The notes: generated from the sequence alone by a model not told the origin. A stretch of DNA of 64,000 nucleotides from Rubripirellula sp. (GCA_965216875.1 OZ244207.1:7136001-7200000); one strand, 5' to 3'. Shown: positions 1 to 13,319, counted from the first letter of the stretch. Translations and numbers: made by a program.

Positions 1-2178
1 TTGATGCAAGCGTGTGCGCACAAGTCGCCCGGAGACTTGCGTCTCGTCGATTTCGAGCAGTTTTGCCAAGCAACGCGAACCAAGCGGCACGGAGGTGGTC
101 AAGCGATTTTGTGACTCGTCGGCTGCGGCACTCGCGTTGGTTGCGGCAGTGACATTCGGCTTGGTAGACAAGTCTTGGTCAAGCTTTCGCAGTTGATGAC
201 TAGCTCGCGTGCGTTCTTGAGGAGCACTTGGTAGACGAGGGCAACGGATCGCTCCGGCAAGCCGCCCGGCGGTTGCGCCGAGATGCCCCGATGCGGTTGC
301 CTCGAGTTCGCGGAGAGCGGCGTCGTGCTTTTGTGTTAGCGACGCAACCGATTTTTCAATGCTTTGCGAGATCGCGATCGTTTCTTCGTGCCAAGTTTCG
401 TTCCAGGTTTGCTTGCAGGATGCGAGTGAACTCAATCGGCGATCCAGACGAACGGTGTCTCCGATGGCGCGGACGATCCGCTGCGCTTCTTTCGAATCGG
501 CGTCGACGCCGACCTCGTCGAGCCACTGGCACAGCGGCGGTAGTTCCACGAACGAAAGGTCGCGTATGCGGGATGCGGTCGCCAGGTCGTTCATCACGTT
601 GGTTTGCGCATCGACTGTGGCCGCATACTTGCGCACGATTGCATTGATGTCCGCTTTCGAAACCTCTCCGTTGCGAATGTCGGCGATGACGGTATCGGCC
701 AAGATTCGCCACTGCGTTTCCGCAGGCTGGGCCAGGTGGTTGGCGGCGGGGAAAAGCGAATCGGGTTGTTCGCGAAGCGTTTCAAGCCATCGAGCTCGCG
801 TGTTGGCGACCGATTGAATGGACGACGCATCCTGCCAAAACAGCGAATGATCGTTCGCCGCCATCAAGTGCAAAGCGGGAACCGGTGTCAATTGATCCTT
901 CGCGATCGAATCAATCGCACCGCGGACCGTTTCAAGTGAGGGTCGCTTGGCGATCGCGTTCCAGATTGTCGAAGCGGCACGAAGGGATTGCAGGTCCGGG
1001 CAACCGGCCGAGGCTTGCTGGTGGCTGTGTTGCATCTGTTGCAACTGAGTCAATTGGCGATCGAGCCGGTTGTACCATCGTTCGCTTGATCGGCGAGCCG
1101 CGATGCCGCCATAGGTGGATTGCCCGAGCGCATGCAGCGTTCGCTGAATTTGCGCCCATTGGTGCATCGCGTTTTCGAGCGGAAACGTATCCCGTATTTC
1201 ATCCGCTTTGGCCATCGCGGCATCGAATCGCTCGATGGAAGCCGGACTCGGTGCCGCGGTGCGTTTAGTCGGCAGACCGGTTGCATCAGGGTCGACCTGT
1301 CCCAGCAACACATGACGCGTCGCGCCCGTAGCGTAGAGGGTTGGTGACTGCAGTTTCCCACGATGCTTGATCGACCATCGCTCGGTGTGGTGGCGCACAA
1401 ACTGAAAGAGTTCCTCGGAATCAACCCAGCCATCGTGCTGCGAATGTTCGAAACCGTCGGCAGCGCCGGTGAGCCCTTGTGCCAAGAAGCTGGTAAAGAT
1501 GTCACCTTGTCCGAGCTGTGAATGGAGGCTGCGTTGCCGTGATGCACACGACGACATCACCACGACGCGCGAATCGGGGTGACGCTGGTGATGGTCTTGG
1601 ACCAACAGGCGAAGCCGATTGTCGAAATCGTTTTCAGCGATTCCAGCCGACCATTGCGATCGAAGTTTGCCACACTCCAATAGCAACAAAGCAGGTTTGT
1701 TGTGACGTGCTGATTGGGTGGCTGCGATGCGGTCAAGAAGCAGACGAACAGGAAACCAAGTTGACGCGTCATCGGCGGTTGCGTTCGGCGGGATCCAACA
1801 GGGCTGGCCTTGATCGTCGACGGCGCCGTGCAAGTTGATGTAAAAGACAACGGCGCTGGCACCCGGTGCTGAAAAGGCATCATCGATCCGCGTATCGGCT
1901 TTGTCCCAGAAACCAGCGGCCAAGCGATCGATCGACGAAAGTGATTGAACTTGAAACGATCGTGCGCCAAGCGACTGGATGTGCCCCAGGTCTTCTTCGA
2001 CCCAGGCATTGAGATCCCAGTTGGGACCGTACGACGACGTGAGCGTCAGGATCGGAGTTCGTTCGGGGCGGGCCAACAGGTGGGTAGCGAAGGCGATCAA
2101 CACCATCGAAAGCGCGCAAAGGCAGAGCCCGATTCGAATCGGTCGTCGCTGCCTACGGTGCGAGCTGGTATTGATCAA
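1..2178 (-). CDS. Large membrane-anchored protein with N-terminal caspase-like (peptidase C14 fold) domain; 3' end outside window
   Basis: Manual translation gives a stop-free minus frame from about 2247 to base 1; it is absent from the ORF track because no stop is present. TM segment IGLCLCALSMVLIAFATHLL, then VVFYINLHG, LLLLECGK, VVVMSSC, IFTSFLAQGLTGAAD, DGWVDSEELFQFVR, LQSP. Start uncertain (TTG 2217, TTG 2178 after AGGAG, or ATG 2106). Confidence 0.75.
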   Translation of the reverse strand, partial: MINTSSHRRQRRPIRIGLCLCALSMVLIAFATHLLARPERTPILTLTSSYGPNWDLNAWVEEDLGHIQSLGARSFQVQSLSSIDRLAAGFWDKADTRIDDAFSAPGASAVVFYINLHGAVDDQGQPCWIPPNATADDASTWFPVRLLLDRIAATQSARHNKPALLLLECGKLRSQWSAGIAENDFDNRLRLLVQDHHQRHPDSRVVVMSSCASRQRSLHSQLGQGDIFTSFLAQGLTGAADGFEHSQHDGWVDSEELFQFVRHHTERWSIKHRGKLQSPTLYATGATRHVLLGQVDPDATGLPTKRTAAPSPASIERFDAAMAKADEIRDTFPLENAMHQWAQIQRTLHALGQSTYGGIAARRSSERWYNRLDRQLTQLQQMQHSHQQASAGCPDLQSLRAASTIWNAIAKRPSLETVRGAIDSIAKDQLTPVPALHLMAANDHSLFWQDASSIQSVANTRARWLETLREQPDSLFPAANHLAQPAETQWRILADTVIADIRNGEVSKADINAIVRKYAATVDAQTNVMNDLATASRIRDLSFVELPPLCQWLDEVGVDADSKEAQRIVRAIGDTVRLDRRLSSLASCKQTWNETWHEETIAISQSIEKSVASLTQKHDAALRELEATASGHLGATAGRLAGAIRCPRLPSAPQERTRASHQLRKLDQDLSTKPNVTAATNASAAADESQNRLTTSVPLGSRCLAKLLEIDETQVSGRLVRTRLHQ

Positions 2179-2597
2179 GTATTCGTTGCGACTCCTACGA
2201 CCGGCAAAGGTTGCCAACCAAGATCGAGGCTTGAGTTTGAGAGACCTCCATCAACATCGGAAAATCGCAACGATCGACATGCTAGGCACAATCGAAAATA
2301 CGGGAACGGCGTTCGGTCGGGGTTGCTACGATCGACACGATTGGAACAACCCGACCGCGGGCTACGTGACAGTCGGGACCTCGGCATGTCGTCCCGCTTT
2401 AGGCCAGGGCTCGCAACGACGAAGACACGCGCCGATTGCCGCTTTTTGCGGGGTTGCTGGGAGACGTCAGCGGAAAAAATTGACGGAATCCCTCAAGCGT
2501 CCTCTAATAAGGGTGCCCGTCGCTGCAGGTGCCAGCACTGACCGGTTCCACTGATGACGGACCTTTTCTCTTCTCCTATTGATCAGGCGTCCATTCC

Positions 2598-4337
2598 ATG
2601 GCGAATGCAACGCTCCCTCAACAACGTGTTGATCGTTCACGTGCGCGGCGCTTGCGCAGTGCTGAAAGTGCAACAAAGGGTTTGAGCTGCGCGCCGCCGC
2701 TTCAGCGCAGCGAGGATGCTGATTCGGGGCCGACTCCCAGCCGATGGACCTGGGTTTGGAGTGTGCTGTTTCATTGTGTGCTGCTGTTGGTGTTGGCCAT
2801 GTTCGCCGTCGGCGCAACAACAAAACCGCCGCCGATGGTCATCGGTCGTGCGATGAGTGCGACCGAGATGGATGCACTGCACGTCTTTGACTTGGATCAG
2901 GCGACACCCGAGTCGACGACGCTTGAGGACCAAGCGTCGGCGATCGAGATTCCACCAACGGTTGACGTGTCGCTTCCGGCGCTGGCGATGGTTGTCGAGA
3001 AACCGGCAAGCCGTGTCGATTTTTCGAGCGAGTTGTCGACAAACGTGCTTGCCGAGGTTCTGCCGAACACGGAAGTGCGGTTTGACCAGTCGCCATGGCT
3101 GGCAAAGCAAGACGCTTGGATTCGTGACCCCGAGCCAATTCCACTCGGTCATTTTGAGTTGCAGGGTCGGGCCGAGCGGCGCGTTCAGTTTTCGACGGTT
3201 GAAAAAGACTACATGATCAACCGCGCACTGAATTGGCTTGCGCGACACCAGGCGAGTGATGGCAGTTGGTGTTTTGATCATCAAGGCGGTGAGTGCCGCG
3301 GCCGTTGTGGGAACCCAGGTAGCCATCGTGCTGCGCGCAACGCGGCGACCGGTATGGCACTGTTGCCGTTCCTCGGTGCCGGACATTCGCCGGACCATGG
3401 AAAGTACAAAGAGGTTGTCTCCAATGGAATCAATTACCTGATCAAGCACTCGAGAACGCAGGAGAGCTTGTGGCAGCCGCAGGGGCGCATGTATGGCCAA
3501 GGCATCGCAACGCTGGCATTGTGTGAATGTTACGGCATCATGTCGCTGTCACCGAGTGAGCTGAACGCAACGAAGAAATCGGGAGTCGATATCGAGCAAT
3601 TGCGTTATGCAGCCGAGGCGGCGATCTACTACATCGTTCACGCGCAAGCTTCCGGCGGTGGTTGGCGATACATGCCGCGACAACGCGGCGATACGTCGGT
3701 CGTTGGTTGGCAAATCATGGCGCTCAAAAGCGCGCAAGACGCCGGACTCTCGACTTACCCGAAAACGCTTGATGGTGCCCAGCGATTTCTCGATCGTGTT
3801 CAGGTCCAGGTTGAAGGTGATCCGTCCTACGGCAAAGTGGGAACTGTGTATGCCTACACCGCCAGTAAGAATATCCAAACGCCAGCGACGACGGCGATCG
3901 GATTGACCTGCCGAATTTACCTGGGCACTTCTCCCCATCACCCTGGAATGAAAATCGCGGTCGCGCGAATGGCAGACCGTGGGCCGATTCTGGGCAACAT
4001 GTACTACAACGTCTATGCCAACCAAGTGATGTTCCAGCATGGTGGCGCGGCCTGGCAACAGTGGGATGCAATGTTGGTGAATCAACTTGGGCGGACGCAA
4101 AGCAACGATGGGCACGAGGAAGGCAGCTGGTTCTTTGGCAACGTCGACCATGGTGGATCGGCAGGCGGGCGGCTTTATGCGACGGCGATGTCGTGTCTTT
4201 GCTTAGAAGAAACGTTTCGGCATTTGCCAATCTATCGGCAAAACAAAGAGGCTGCGTTTCTGGCAGGTTTCCAAGGCCGTGAGAAAGAGCTAGTGGCCCA
4301 GCCGATGCCGGCCAAGCCCGCATTTGACGAACAATGA
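2598..4337 (+). CDS. Prenyltransferase/squalene-oxidase (QW) repeat protein with N-terminal TM anchor
   Basis: Repeats LARHQASDGSW, HAQASGGGWRY, QSNDGHEEGSW; SVLFHCVLLLVLAMF anchor; typical planctomycete family. Confidence 0.85.
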   Translation: MANATLPQQRVDRSRARRLRSAESATKGLSCAPPLQRSEDADSGPTPSRWTWVWSVLFHCVLLLVLAMFAVGATTKPPPMVIGRAMSATEMDALHVFDLDQATPESTTLEDQASAIEIPPTVDVSLPALAMVVEKPASRVDFSSELSTNVLAEVLPNTEVRFDQSPWLAKQDAWIRDPEPIPLGHFELQGRAERRVQFSTVEKDYMINRALNWLARHQASDGSWCFDHQGGECRGRCGNPGSHRAARNAATGMALLPFLGAGHSPDHGKYKEVVSNGINYLIKHSRTQESLWQPQGRMYGQGIATLALCECYGIMSLSPSELNATKKSGVDIEQLRYAAEAAIYYIVHAQASGGGWRYMPRQRGDTSVVGWQIMALKSAQDAGLSTYPKTLDGAQRFLDRVQVQVEGDPSYGKVGTVYAYTASKNIQTPATTAIGLTCRIYLGTSPHHPGMKIAVARMADRGPILGNMYYNVYANQVMFQHGGAAWQQWDAMLVNQLGRTQSNDGHEEGSWFFGNVDHGGSAGGRLYATAMSCLCLEETFRHLPIYRQNKEAAFLAGFQGREKELVAQPMPAKPAFDEQ

Positions 4338-5593
4338 ACACACCCCATTCATTGCGCGGGGTGGTCGGGATTGCGTTGCTCGTTCTGTGTGGCAACGCAA
4401 ACGCTCAAGTCTTTCGCCAACATGCCAAGGTCAAGGTCACCGCACCGACACGCTACGACTGGGGATTGGTCGTCACGGGCGTGAGTCCAAGCGAAAGTCC
4501 CGAGAATCTCACGCCCGACTACGAATCGACTTTGCAGCGATTTGACATGTACGCGCCGGTGCGGCCTGTGGGCGACGACCCCCTTCCCGTGATCGTCTTT
4601 ATTTCGTTTCGCGATACACCATTTGGCTGGGAACAGTTGGGGCCGACCTGCGTGCGAGAGGGCGTGATTTTTGTTGCTCCCTATGGAGTCGGGAATTCAC
4701 AGTCGAGCGCCAGACGTATCCGCATCACACTCGATTGTCTCGATGAAGTCGGCCGACGCTATCGAGTCGACCCCGATCAAATCTATCTCGCCGGCTACAG
4801 TGGTGGTGGCTATATCGCGGCGCGGATCGCAACGATGTTGCCCGAGTTCGTCGGCGGAGTCATCGCGTCCAACATGGTGGTGCAACCACCGGCGACGCCT
4901 TGGCAACGTGATCGAGTGGCCAACCGGCTTAGCGTCGCGTCCATCGTTGGTGAAAATGAGCCGGCAGGATTGCACATGAATCGCGTCGTGTTTCCGTTTC
5001 TAGAGCGGATGGGGGTTCACGCGAGTTGCCAAGTCTTGCCAAGACATGGTCACAACGCGCCGCCAGCGGCGCCCTTTGATGCGGCCTATCGCTTTCTCAA
5101 ACAAGGCATACCGACTCGCCGCGATTCGGCAGCCGAGCGACCGGCACTTCGAATTTCGGTTGAGACAACACGCAACAAGTGGGCCGAGCGAGCGTTTCAG
5201 GATGCACAGAAACAATTAGCAAGCGCCGACGAGATGGCTCGCACGTTGGGAATTCTGCGAGAGATTCGGCGGCGATGGCCCGACCTGCCACAAGCAGCCG
5301 AGGCGGAGGCCTTGATCAATCGCACGCGGCAGCAGCACCCCGAGCAGCCGTGGCTCGATGAAGAGCAAACGCAGAAACTCAACGAGTCGCGGTTTCTTGC
5401 GGGAGCATACGATTCGGCCGCGACGGCTCGAGCCAAACTCGGCAAGCAGGATCGAGCTGCTTTCGCGATGTCGGCGATCGCAAGTTATGAGTTTGTTGCA
5501 AAGTCGGCCGACGACGTCCAGGAAGTTCGTCGAGCGAGAGAGCGGATCGAAGCGCTGCGTCCATTCACTTCGTTCCTGCCGACGCGCAAATAG
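4334..5593 (+). CDS. Secreted alpha/beta-hydrolase (esterase/PHB-depolymerase-like) with helical C-terminal domain
   Basis: Signal peptide ending ANA-Q; VDPDQIYLAGYSGGG nucleophile elbow; ATGA overlap with the upstream gene. Confidence 0.75.
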   Translation: MNTPHSLRGVVGIALLVLCGNANAQVFRQHAKVKVTAPTRYDWGLVVTGVSPSESPENLTPDYESTLQRFDMYAPVRPVGDDPLPVIVFISFRDTPFGWEQLGPTCVREGVIFVAPYGVGNSQSSARRIRITLDCLDEVGRRYRVDPDQIYLAGYSGGGYIAARIATMLPEFVGGVIASNMVVQPPATPWQRDRVANRLSVASIVGENEPAGLHMNRVVFPFLERMGVHASCQVLPRHGHNAPPAAPFDAAYRFLKQGIPTRRDSAAERPALRISVETTRNKWAERAFQDAQKQLASADEMARTLGILREIRRRWPDLPQAAEAEALINRTRQQHPEQPWLDEEQTQKLNESRFLAGAYDSAATARAKLGKQDRAAFAMSAIASYEFVAKSADDVQEVRRARERIEALRPFTSFLPTRK

Positions 5594-5603
5594 GCAGCAG
5601 CGA

Positions 5604-6443
5604 TTAGGTTTGCGAGACAGAAGGGGCTTCGAAGGAGGCGGGCACCATGATCACGCAGCGGCAATCGACGTTCAGAATCTGCGTTCCATTGTCGAGTTCG
5701 GCGAGCGGTTGGTCCCAGTGTGCGTGACCTCGGATGACGAGCGTCGGATCAAAGGCACGTAGCAGTTCGCGAACGCGCGCGGATCCTTTGCCCGGGCCGT
5801 CGGGTTGGTCGGGGCCGTCATGCAGCACAAGCACATCGGGTTGGTCCAGCACGGCCTGCTCGATCGCACGCGCGTAGTCGTCGTCGCTGTACCGCCAGTG
5901 ACGCCGCGGGTTCCCGATGATTCCGCTGACCCCGTAGAAAGAAAGCCCCGCCAGGTCGCAACCACGTTGGTCGAGAAAGTGCGAACGCGAGGAAATCGAG
6001 TGCGCTGGGCGCGGGAACTCGCCAAAGGTGTCGTGGTTACCAGCAACGCCGACTGTCCAGTCAAAGTACCTCGCAAATTCCTGCCACACCTGACTGACGT
6101 CGCCTGTGCCGCCCCGTTTGTCTAACAGAGGAACGGTATAGAAGTCTCCGGCCAGAATCACGCCGGTCGCGCCATCGGCCGGAGCGTATTGCGGAAGGAG
6201 CTGGTCGTGTAATTGGTACGGAAGGACTTCGCCCAGCAGACGTGGGGGGTGACCGCATGCATTTTCGAATGTCTCGCGGCCTTGGAGGTCGGCGGTCGCG
6301 ACGATGGCTCGCACGCCAGCGGGAAAAGGATCGACCTGGGCAATTTGGACCGGCAATCGATCGACGTAGAAACCCCCCACGCCCCTGCCCGCATTGAGGA
6401 AGGGGATTTCGGTCACAGGCTGACTGAGAGAGACGATACGCAT
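5604..6443 (-). CDS. Calcineurin-like metallophosphoesterase
   Basis: Motifs ADLQG, AGDFY, AGNHD, LHDGP, RGHAH; ATG at 6443 preferred as start. Confidence 0.85.
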   Translation of the reverse strand: MRIVSLSQPVTEIPFLNAGRGVGGFYVDRLPVQIAQVDPFPAGVRAIVATADLQGRETFENACGHPPRLLGEVLPYQLHDQLLPQYAPADGATGVILAGDFYTVPLLDKRGGTGDVSQVWQEFARYFDWTVGVAGNHDTFGEFPRPAHSISSRSHFLDQRGCDLAGLSFYGVSGIIGNPRRHWRYSDDDYARAIEQAVLDQPDVLVLHDGPDQPDGPGKGSARVRELLRAFDPTLVIRGHAHWDQPLAELDNGTQILNVDCRCVIMVPASFEAPSVSQT

Positions 6444-6872
6444 GGAAACCAAAGGGGTGCTAAAGGGCGTCGCTACCTTCGGCAGAGGTGGAATTTGTTG
6501 GGAGGCCGGCCGTCGATCACCCTAATGTTTGGGCAAGCGTTGCCGGGGGTGATCGGGGAGCGTGGCGACGGCGATTTGCGGCACGGCGCGTCGCTGGATC
6601 GAAGGGGGGCGATTCCATCTCCAGAGGCAGACACGGGGCTCGCGGGGCCGGTTCGCCGTGAAGGTGAGAATGTGAAGGATTGACGTCCTCTACGTTCGGC
6701 GATTTTTTTGCTATTCTGCTCCGCAATTTGGACAGCGCTTCCGAAAGACCCCAAAGCCCGCGATTGAGCGGCTTTTGCGCCACCGCCCGAATCGGCGAGA
6801 TGTGGCTAGGGTTGGACCGCGCGCCAATGACGTTCTTTCTCAACGCCATCCCACCTCGCCGGAAGCCGATCA

Positions 6873-10127
<3,255 letters not shown>

Positions 10128-10216
10128 AACGCTAAGGCGATCCCTGAGGTGGGATCGCATGAGGCTGAATGGTTGTGATCAAACTCATTGGGTTTGACCC
10201 AGAACTGTCAGCGCAT

Positions 10217-10260
10217 AAAAAAAGAGTTCCCGCGGGTGGGGCAGCGACCCGCAGGAACTC
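10217..10260 (-). terminator. Intrinsic terminator on the minus strand
   Basis: GAGTTCCTGCGGGT-cgctgcccc-ACCCGCGGGAACTC followed by T7; 14-bp stem whose single G-U pair forms only on the minus strand. Confidence 0.75.
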
Positions 10261-10331
10261 AAACGACATGGAAAAGCGGGGCAGAGCCTCTCCATGTGTG
10301 GATTGTTGGGGAAGGTTTTTCACAACCAACA
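10217..10331 (-). ncRNA. Candidate small RNA of about 115 nt with three hairpins and repeated CUGCCCC loops
   Basis: -10-like TATATT at 10343-10338, three consecutive stems and a terminator; no minus-strand CDS ends here. Confidence 0.55.
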
Positions 10332-10503
10332 CGCCCAAATATAGCGACCGGCCGACCACGAGGGAATCATTCGATCAAGGGGTAGGTGTGTACTCCGACA
10401 GATGTCGGCTCAACCTTCTGATGCTAGTCATCGGCAAATGGTTGCGGGTGGCCGCATAAACTTTCCCGTTTTAGCAAAAACAAATCGGTTTGCAGGCTCA
10501 GAC

Positions 10504-11973
10504 ATGGCAGAAGAATCGTCAAAAGCCGAACAAAATCGCGAATTCTCCCCCGCGGAGGGGGCGGAAGAGATTGGTTATCAGCCGGCCGACTTCCGGGTTT
10601 TGGTCGTCGACAATGAGCCAGCTCACGCTCGTGCGATGATGGAATCTTTGGAAAAAGTTGGCTACACCTGCGAAGTGGCCACCAGCGGACCGGAAGCCGC
10701 TGGCCTGATCGAGCGTGAAACCTATGACATCATCATCACCGACATGGTCATGAACGATGTCGATGGCATGAAGATCTTGAACTTGGCAACCGAACGCTTG
10801 CCCGATTGTGCCGTGGTGATGGTCACCGGCCATGCGACGGTGCCGATCGCTGTTGAAGCGATGCAGAAGGGCGCGTTCAACTTCCTTGAAAAGCCGATCA
10901 CGCCCAATCGATTGCGCGCCATCGCCGCCAAGGCAGCAGATTCTGTCGCGCTGCGGCGTCAGAACATCGAACTACGCCAACGTTTGGACGAACGCTTTGG
11001 CTTCGAAGGCATTATCTTCGCCAGCAAGAAAATGGCGACGGTGATTGATCGCTTGCGTCGCATTGCGGCGACCGATGCGACGGTATTGATCACAGGCGAA
11101 AGTGGGACGGGCAAAGAGATGATCGCGCAAGCCATTCATCAAAACAGCCCTCGTCGAAACAAACGTATTGTTCCGATCAATACTCGGGCGGTGACGGAGA
11201 CACTTGTAGAAAGTGAACTCTTTGGTCACGTCAAAGGTGCCTTTACCGATGCTGTTTCGGATCGCGTCGGCCAGTTCGAATACGCCAACGGCGGTACGTT
11301 GTTCCTTGACGAAGTGGGCGACATGCCAATGAGCACGCAGATCAAGCTGCTGCGTGTCTTGGAAGAAAACGAAATCACGCGCGTCGGTGACAACAAACCG
11401 ATCAAGGTGAACGTTCGATTGATTTCGGCAACCAACCGTCCGCTTGAAGAAATGATCGACGGTGGCACGTTTCGCAATGACCTCTACTTTCGCTTGAAAG
11501 TGGTCACGGTCGAGTTGCCATCGCTCCGTGAGCGACGTGACGATGTGATTCCGTTGATGGATCACTTTCGCAAGATGTTCCTGCGTCATCATGACAAGCC
11601 GGTCGCCCACTTTACACCCGCAGTGACGAAGCGATTCTTCAACTACGATTGGCCCGGCAACGTTCGTCAGTTGCGCAACTTCGTGGAAACGATGATCGTG
11701 CTCGATACCGATGGCACGCTCGATTTGGACGACTTGCCGCCCGAGCTGGATGACGGCACGGTCGAAGTGAGCGAAGAAGCCACCCTGTTGTCGGGTGAAT
11801 CGAATTTGATCGGTCAGCCACTTAGCGTGATCGAACGTTGGGCGATCGAAGAAACTCTCAAATTGACCGGCGACAACCGCGAAGAGACCGCAAAGGTGCT
11901 CGGAATCGGAGCCCGGACGCTTTACCGCAGGCTCGATCAGTACAAGAAAGAAGAAGACGAAGGCGAGGCGTGA
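10504..11973 (+). CDS. Sigma54-dependent response regulator (NtrC family: REC-AAA+-HTH_8)
   Basis: Receiver VLVVDNE...ITDMVM...FLEKP; GESGTGKE, ESELFGHVKGAFTDA, LFLDEVGDM, WPGNVRQL; Fis-type HTH. ATG 10504 preferred over 10402. Confidence 0.95.
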   Translation: MAEESSKAEQNREFSPAEGAEEIGYQPADFRVLVVDNEPAHARAMMESLEKVGYTCEVATSGPEAAGLIERETYDIIITDMVMNDVDGMKILNLATERLPDCAVVMVTGHATVPIAVEAMQKGAFNFLEKPITPNRLRAIAAKAADSVALRRQNIELRQRLDERFGFEGIIFASKKMATVIDRLRRIAATDATVLITGESGTGKEMIAQAIHQNSPRRNKRIVPINTRAVTETLVESELFGHVKGAFTDAVSDRVGQFEYANGGTLFLDEVGDMPMSTQIKLLRVLEENEITRVGDNKPIKVNVRLISATNRPLEEMIDGGTFRNDLYFRLKVVTVELPSLRERRDDVIPLMDHFRKMFLRHHDKPVAHFTPAVTKRFFNYDWPGNVRQLRNFVETMIVLDTDGTLDLDDLPPELDDGTVEVSEEATLLSGESNLIGQPLSVIERWAIEETLKLTGDNREETAKVLGIGARTLYRRLDQYKKEEDEGEA

Positions 11974-12017
11974 TCCCGTCCTCGTTTACGCGGTCCCCGT
12001 GGGAACGCACGCTTCGC

Positions 12018-12092
12018 TGAGCCGTACGCGCTAGCGTCGGGCCCGGCACGCTAAAGACTCTCGAAAGGCCCGACGCTAGCGCGTTCGGCTCA
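12018..12092. repeat. REP-like long inverted repeat (family A, TGAGCCG...CGGCTCA) between convergent genes
   Basis: tgagccgtacgcgctagcgtcgggcc / ggcccgacgctagcgcgttcggctca; one arm recurs at 42572-42597. Confidence 0.85.
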
Positions 12093-12116
12093 CAGGTGGG
12101 CGTCCCGCGAACGTGA

Positions 12117-13184
12117 TCACTTCTCTTCTTGCGAACCGTGAACTTCGCGTGGCACGTACCGGCCGGGCAAGTCTTCGCCGTAGTGGGCGGCAAGGTGTTG
12201 TTCGAACTCTTCCTTAGTACGCATTTTTGCAAACGCGACTCGCACTTCCTGATGGTTAGGGTGCGAATGAGAGTACTTGATGCAGAACTTGCGCATCAGT
12301 AGCGGCGCGCGGTCGACGGTGTAGGTCTGCTCGCAGAGTTCGAAATGCTCTCGCATCACTGCGGCTTGTTGATGCAGCGATGGAGGAGCCGGTAGGGGCT
12401 GGCCATCGCATAACGCACGAGCTTGTTCGAAGATCCATGGATTCCCAATCGCGCCGCGAGCCACCGTCACTCCATCGATGCCCGTTTCATCAAGCATCCT
12501 TAAACAGTCTTCTGCCGAAAACAGGTCGCCGCTTCCGAGGATCTTCAGGCGGTCCCCAACATGTTGTTTCACATCGGCAAGAAACTCCCAGCGACTTGGG
12601 CCAACATAGCGTTGCATCACCGTGCGTCCGTGGACGGTCGCGCCGGCCAGGCCATGTTCGATCGCACCATCGAGGATCTGAAAGAAGTGATCGCGAGACT
12701 CCTGGGAATCGTCGATGCCACGCCGCATTTTGACGGTGACCGGGATGTGGTCAGGAACCACATCGCGGGTGCGTCTGAGGATCTCGATGGCGACATCGGG
12801 CTGCGACAGGTGAAAGCCTCCGCGGCAACGTCCGAGGACTTTTTTCACCGGACAACCAAAGTTGACGTCGATAATGTCAAATCCGGCTTCGACAAGTTTG
12901 AGTGCCCCGAGAGAAAACTGCTCTGGTTCGGCACCCATCAATTGGCCGCCGACCGGGTGTTCGTCCGGGTGAATATCTAAGAAGTGTTTCGTTTTTTTGC
13001 GTTCGTTCAGTGCCAACAGGAACTGGTCCAGCATCACCTCGCAAATCGAATAACTCGCTCCGTGCCGACGCGCCACGACTCGCATCGGCAAGTCGCTGTA
13101 GCCAGACAGGGCAGCCTGCACGATCGGAAACCCAATCGTGACGTTTCCGATTTGAAGCGGTGCGGTTTGAAAGGAAACACTCAT
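12117..13184 (-). CDS. dus: tRNA-dihydrouridine synthase (DusB-like)
   Basis: AALSGYSDLPMR, DVNFGCPVKKV, TVKMRRG, TVHGRT, ARGAIGNPWIF. Confidence 0.93.
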   Translation of the reverse strand: MSVSFQTAPLQIGNVTIGFPIVQAALSGYSDLPMRVVARRHGASYSICEVMLDQFLLALNERKKTKHFLDIHPDEHPVGGQLMGAEPEQFSLGALKLVEAGFDIIDVNFGCPVKKVLGRCRGGFHLSQPDVAIEILRRTRDVVPDHIPVTVKMRRGIDDSQESRDHFFQILDGAIEHGLAGATVHGRTVMQRYVGPSRWEFLADVKQHVGDRLKILGSGDLFSAEDCLRMLDETGIDGVTVARGAIGNPWIFEQARALCDGQPLPAPPSLHQQAAVMREHFELCEQTYTVDRAPLLMRKFCIKYSHSHPNHQEVRVAFAKMRTKEEFEQHLAAHYGEDLPGRYVPREVHGSQEEK

Positions 13185-13319
13185 GCTAGGAATGATAGAT
13201 TGTGCGGCAATTGCAATCAGCGATTCAATTGGCCGTTCACAAAGGACTTGTAGGGTTGGTTAAGTTGGTTGAACGAGAATTTGCACCTACGGTACACGAA
13301 TGATCCCGAAGTCGTCATC

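Noticed and set aside
2598..4337. True squalene-hopene cyclase
   Set aside because: It has only one QW-repeat barrel and no DXDD catalytic motif; it is the generic planctomycete family.
6753..6778. Attenuator hairpin in the carB leader
   Set aside because: Short imperfect stem with a weak U-run and no PyrR-binding motif; insufficient support.
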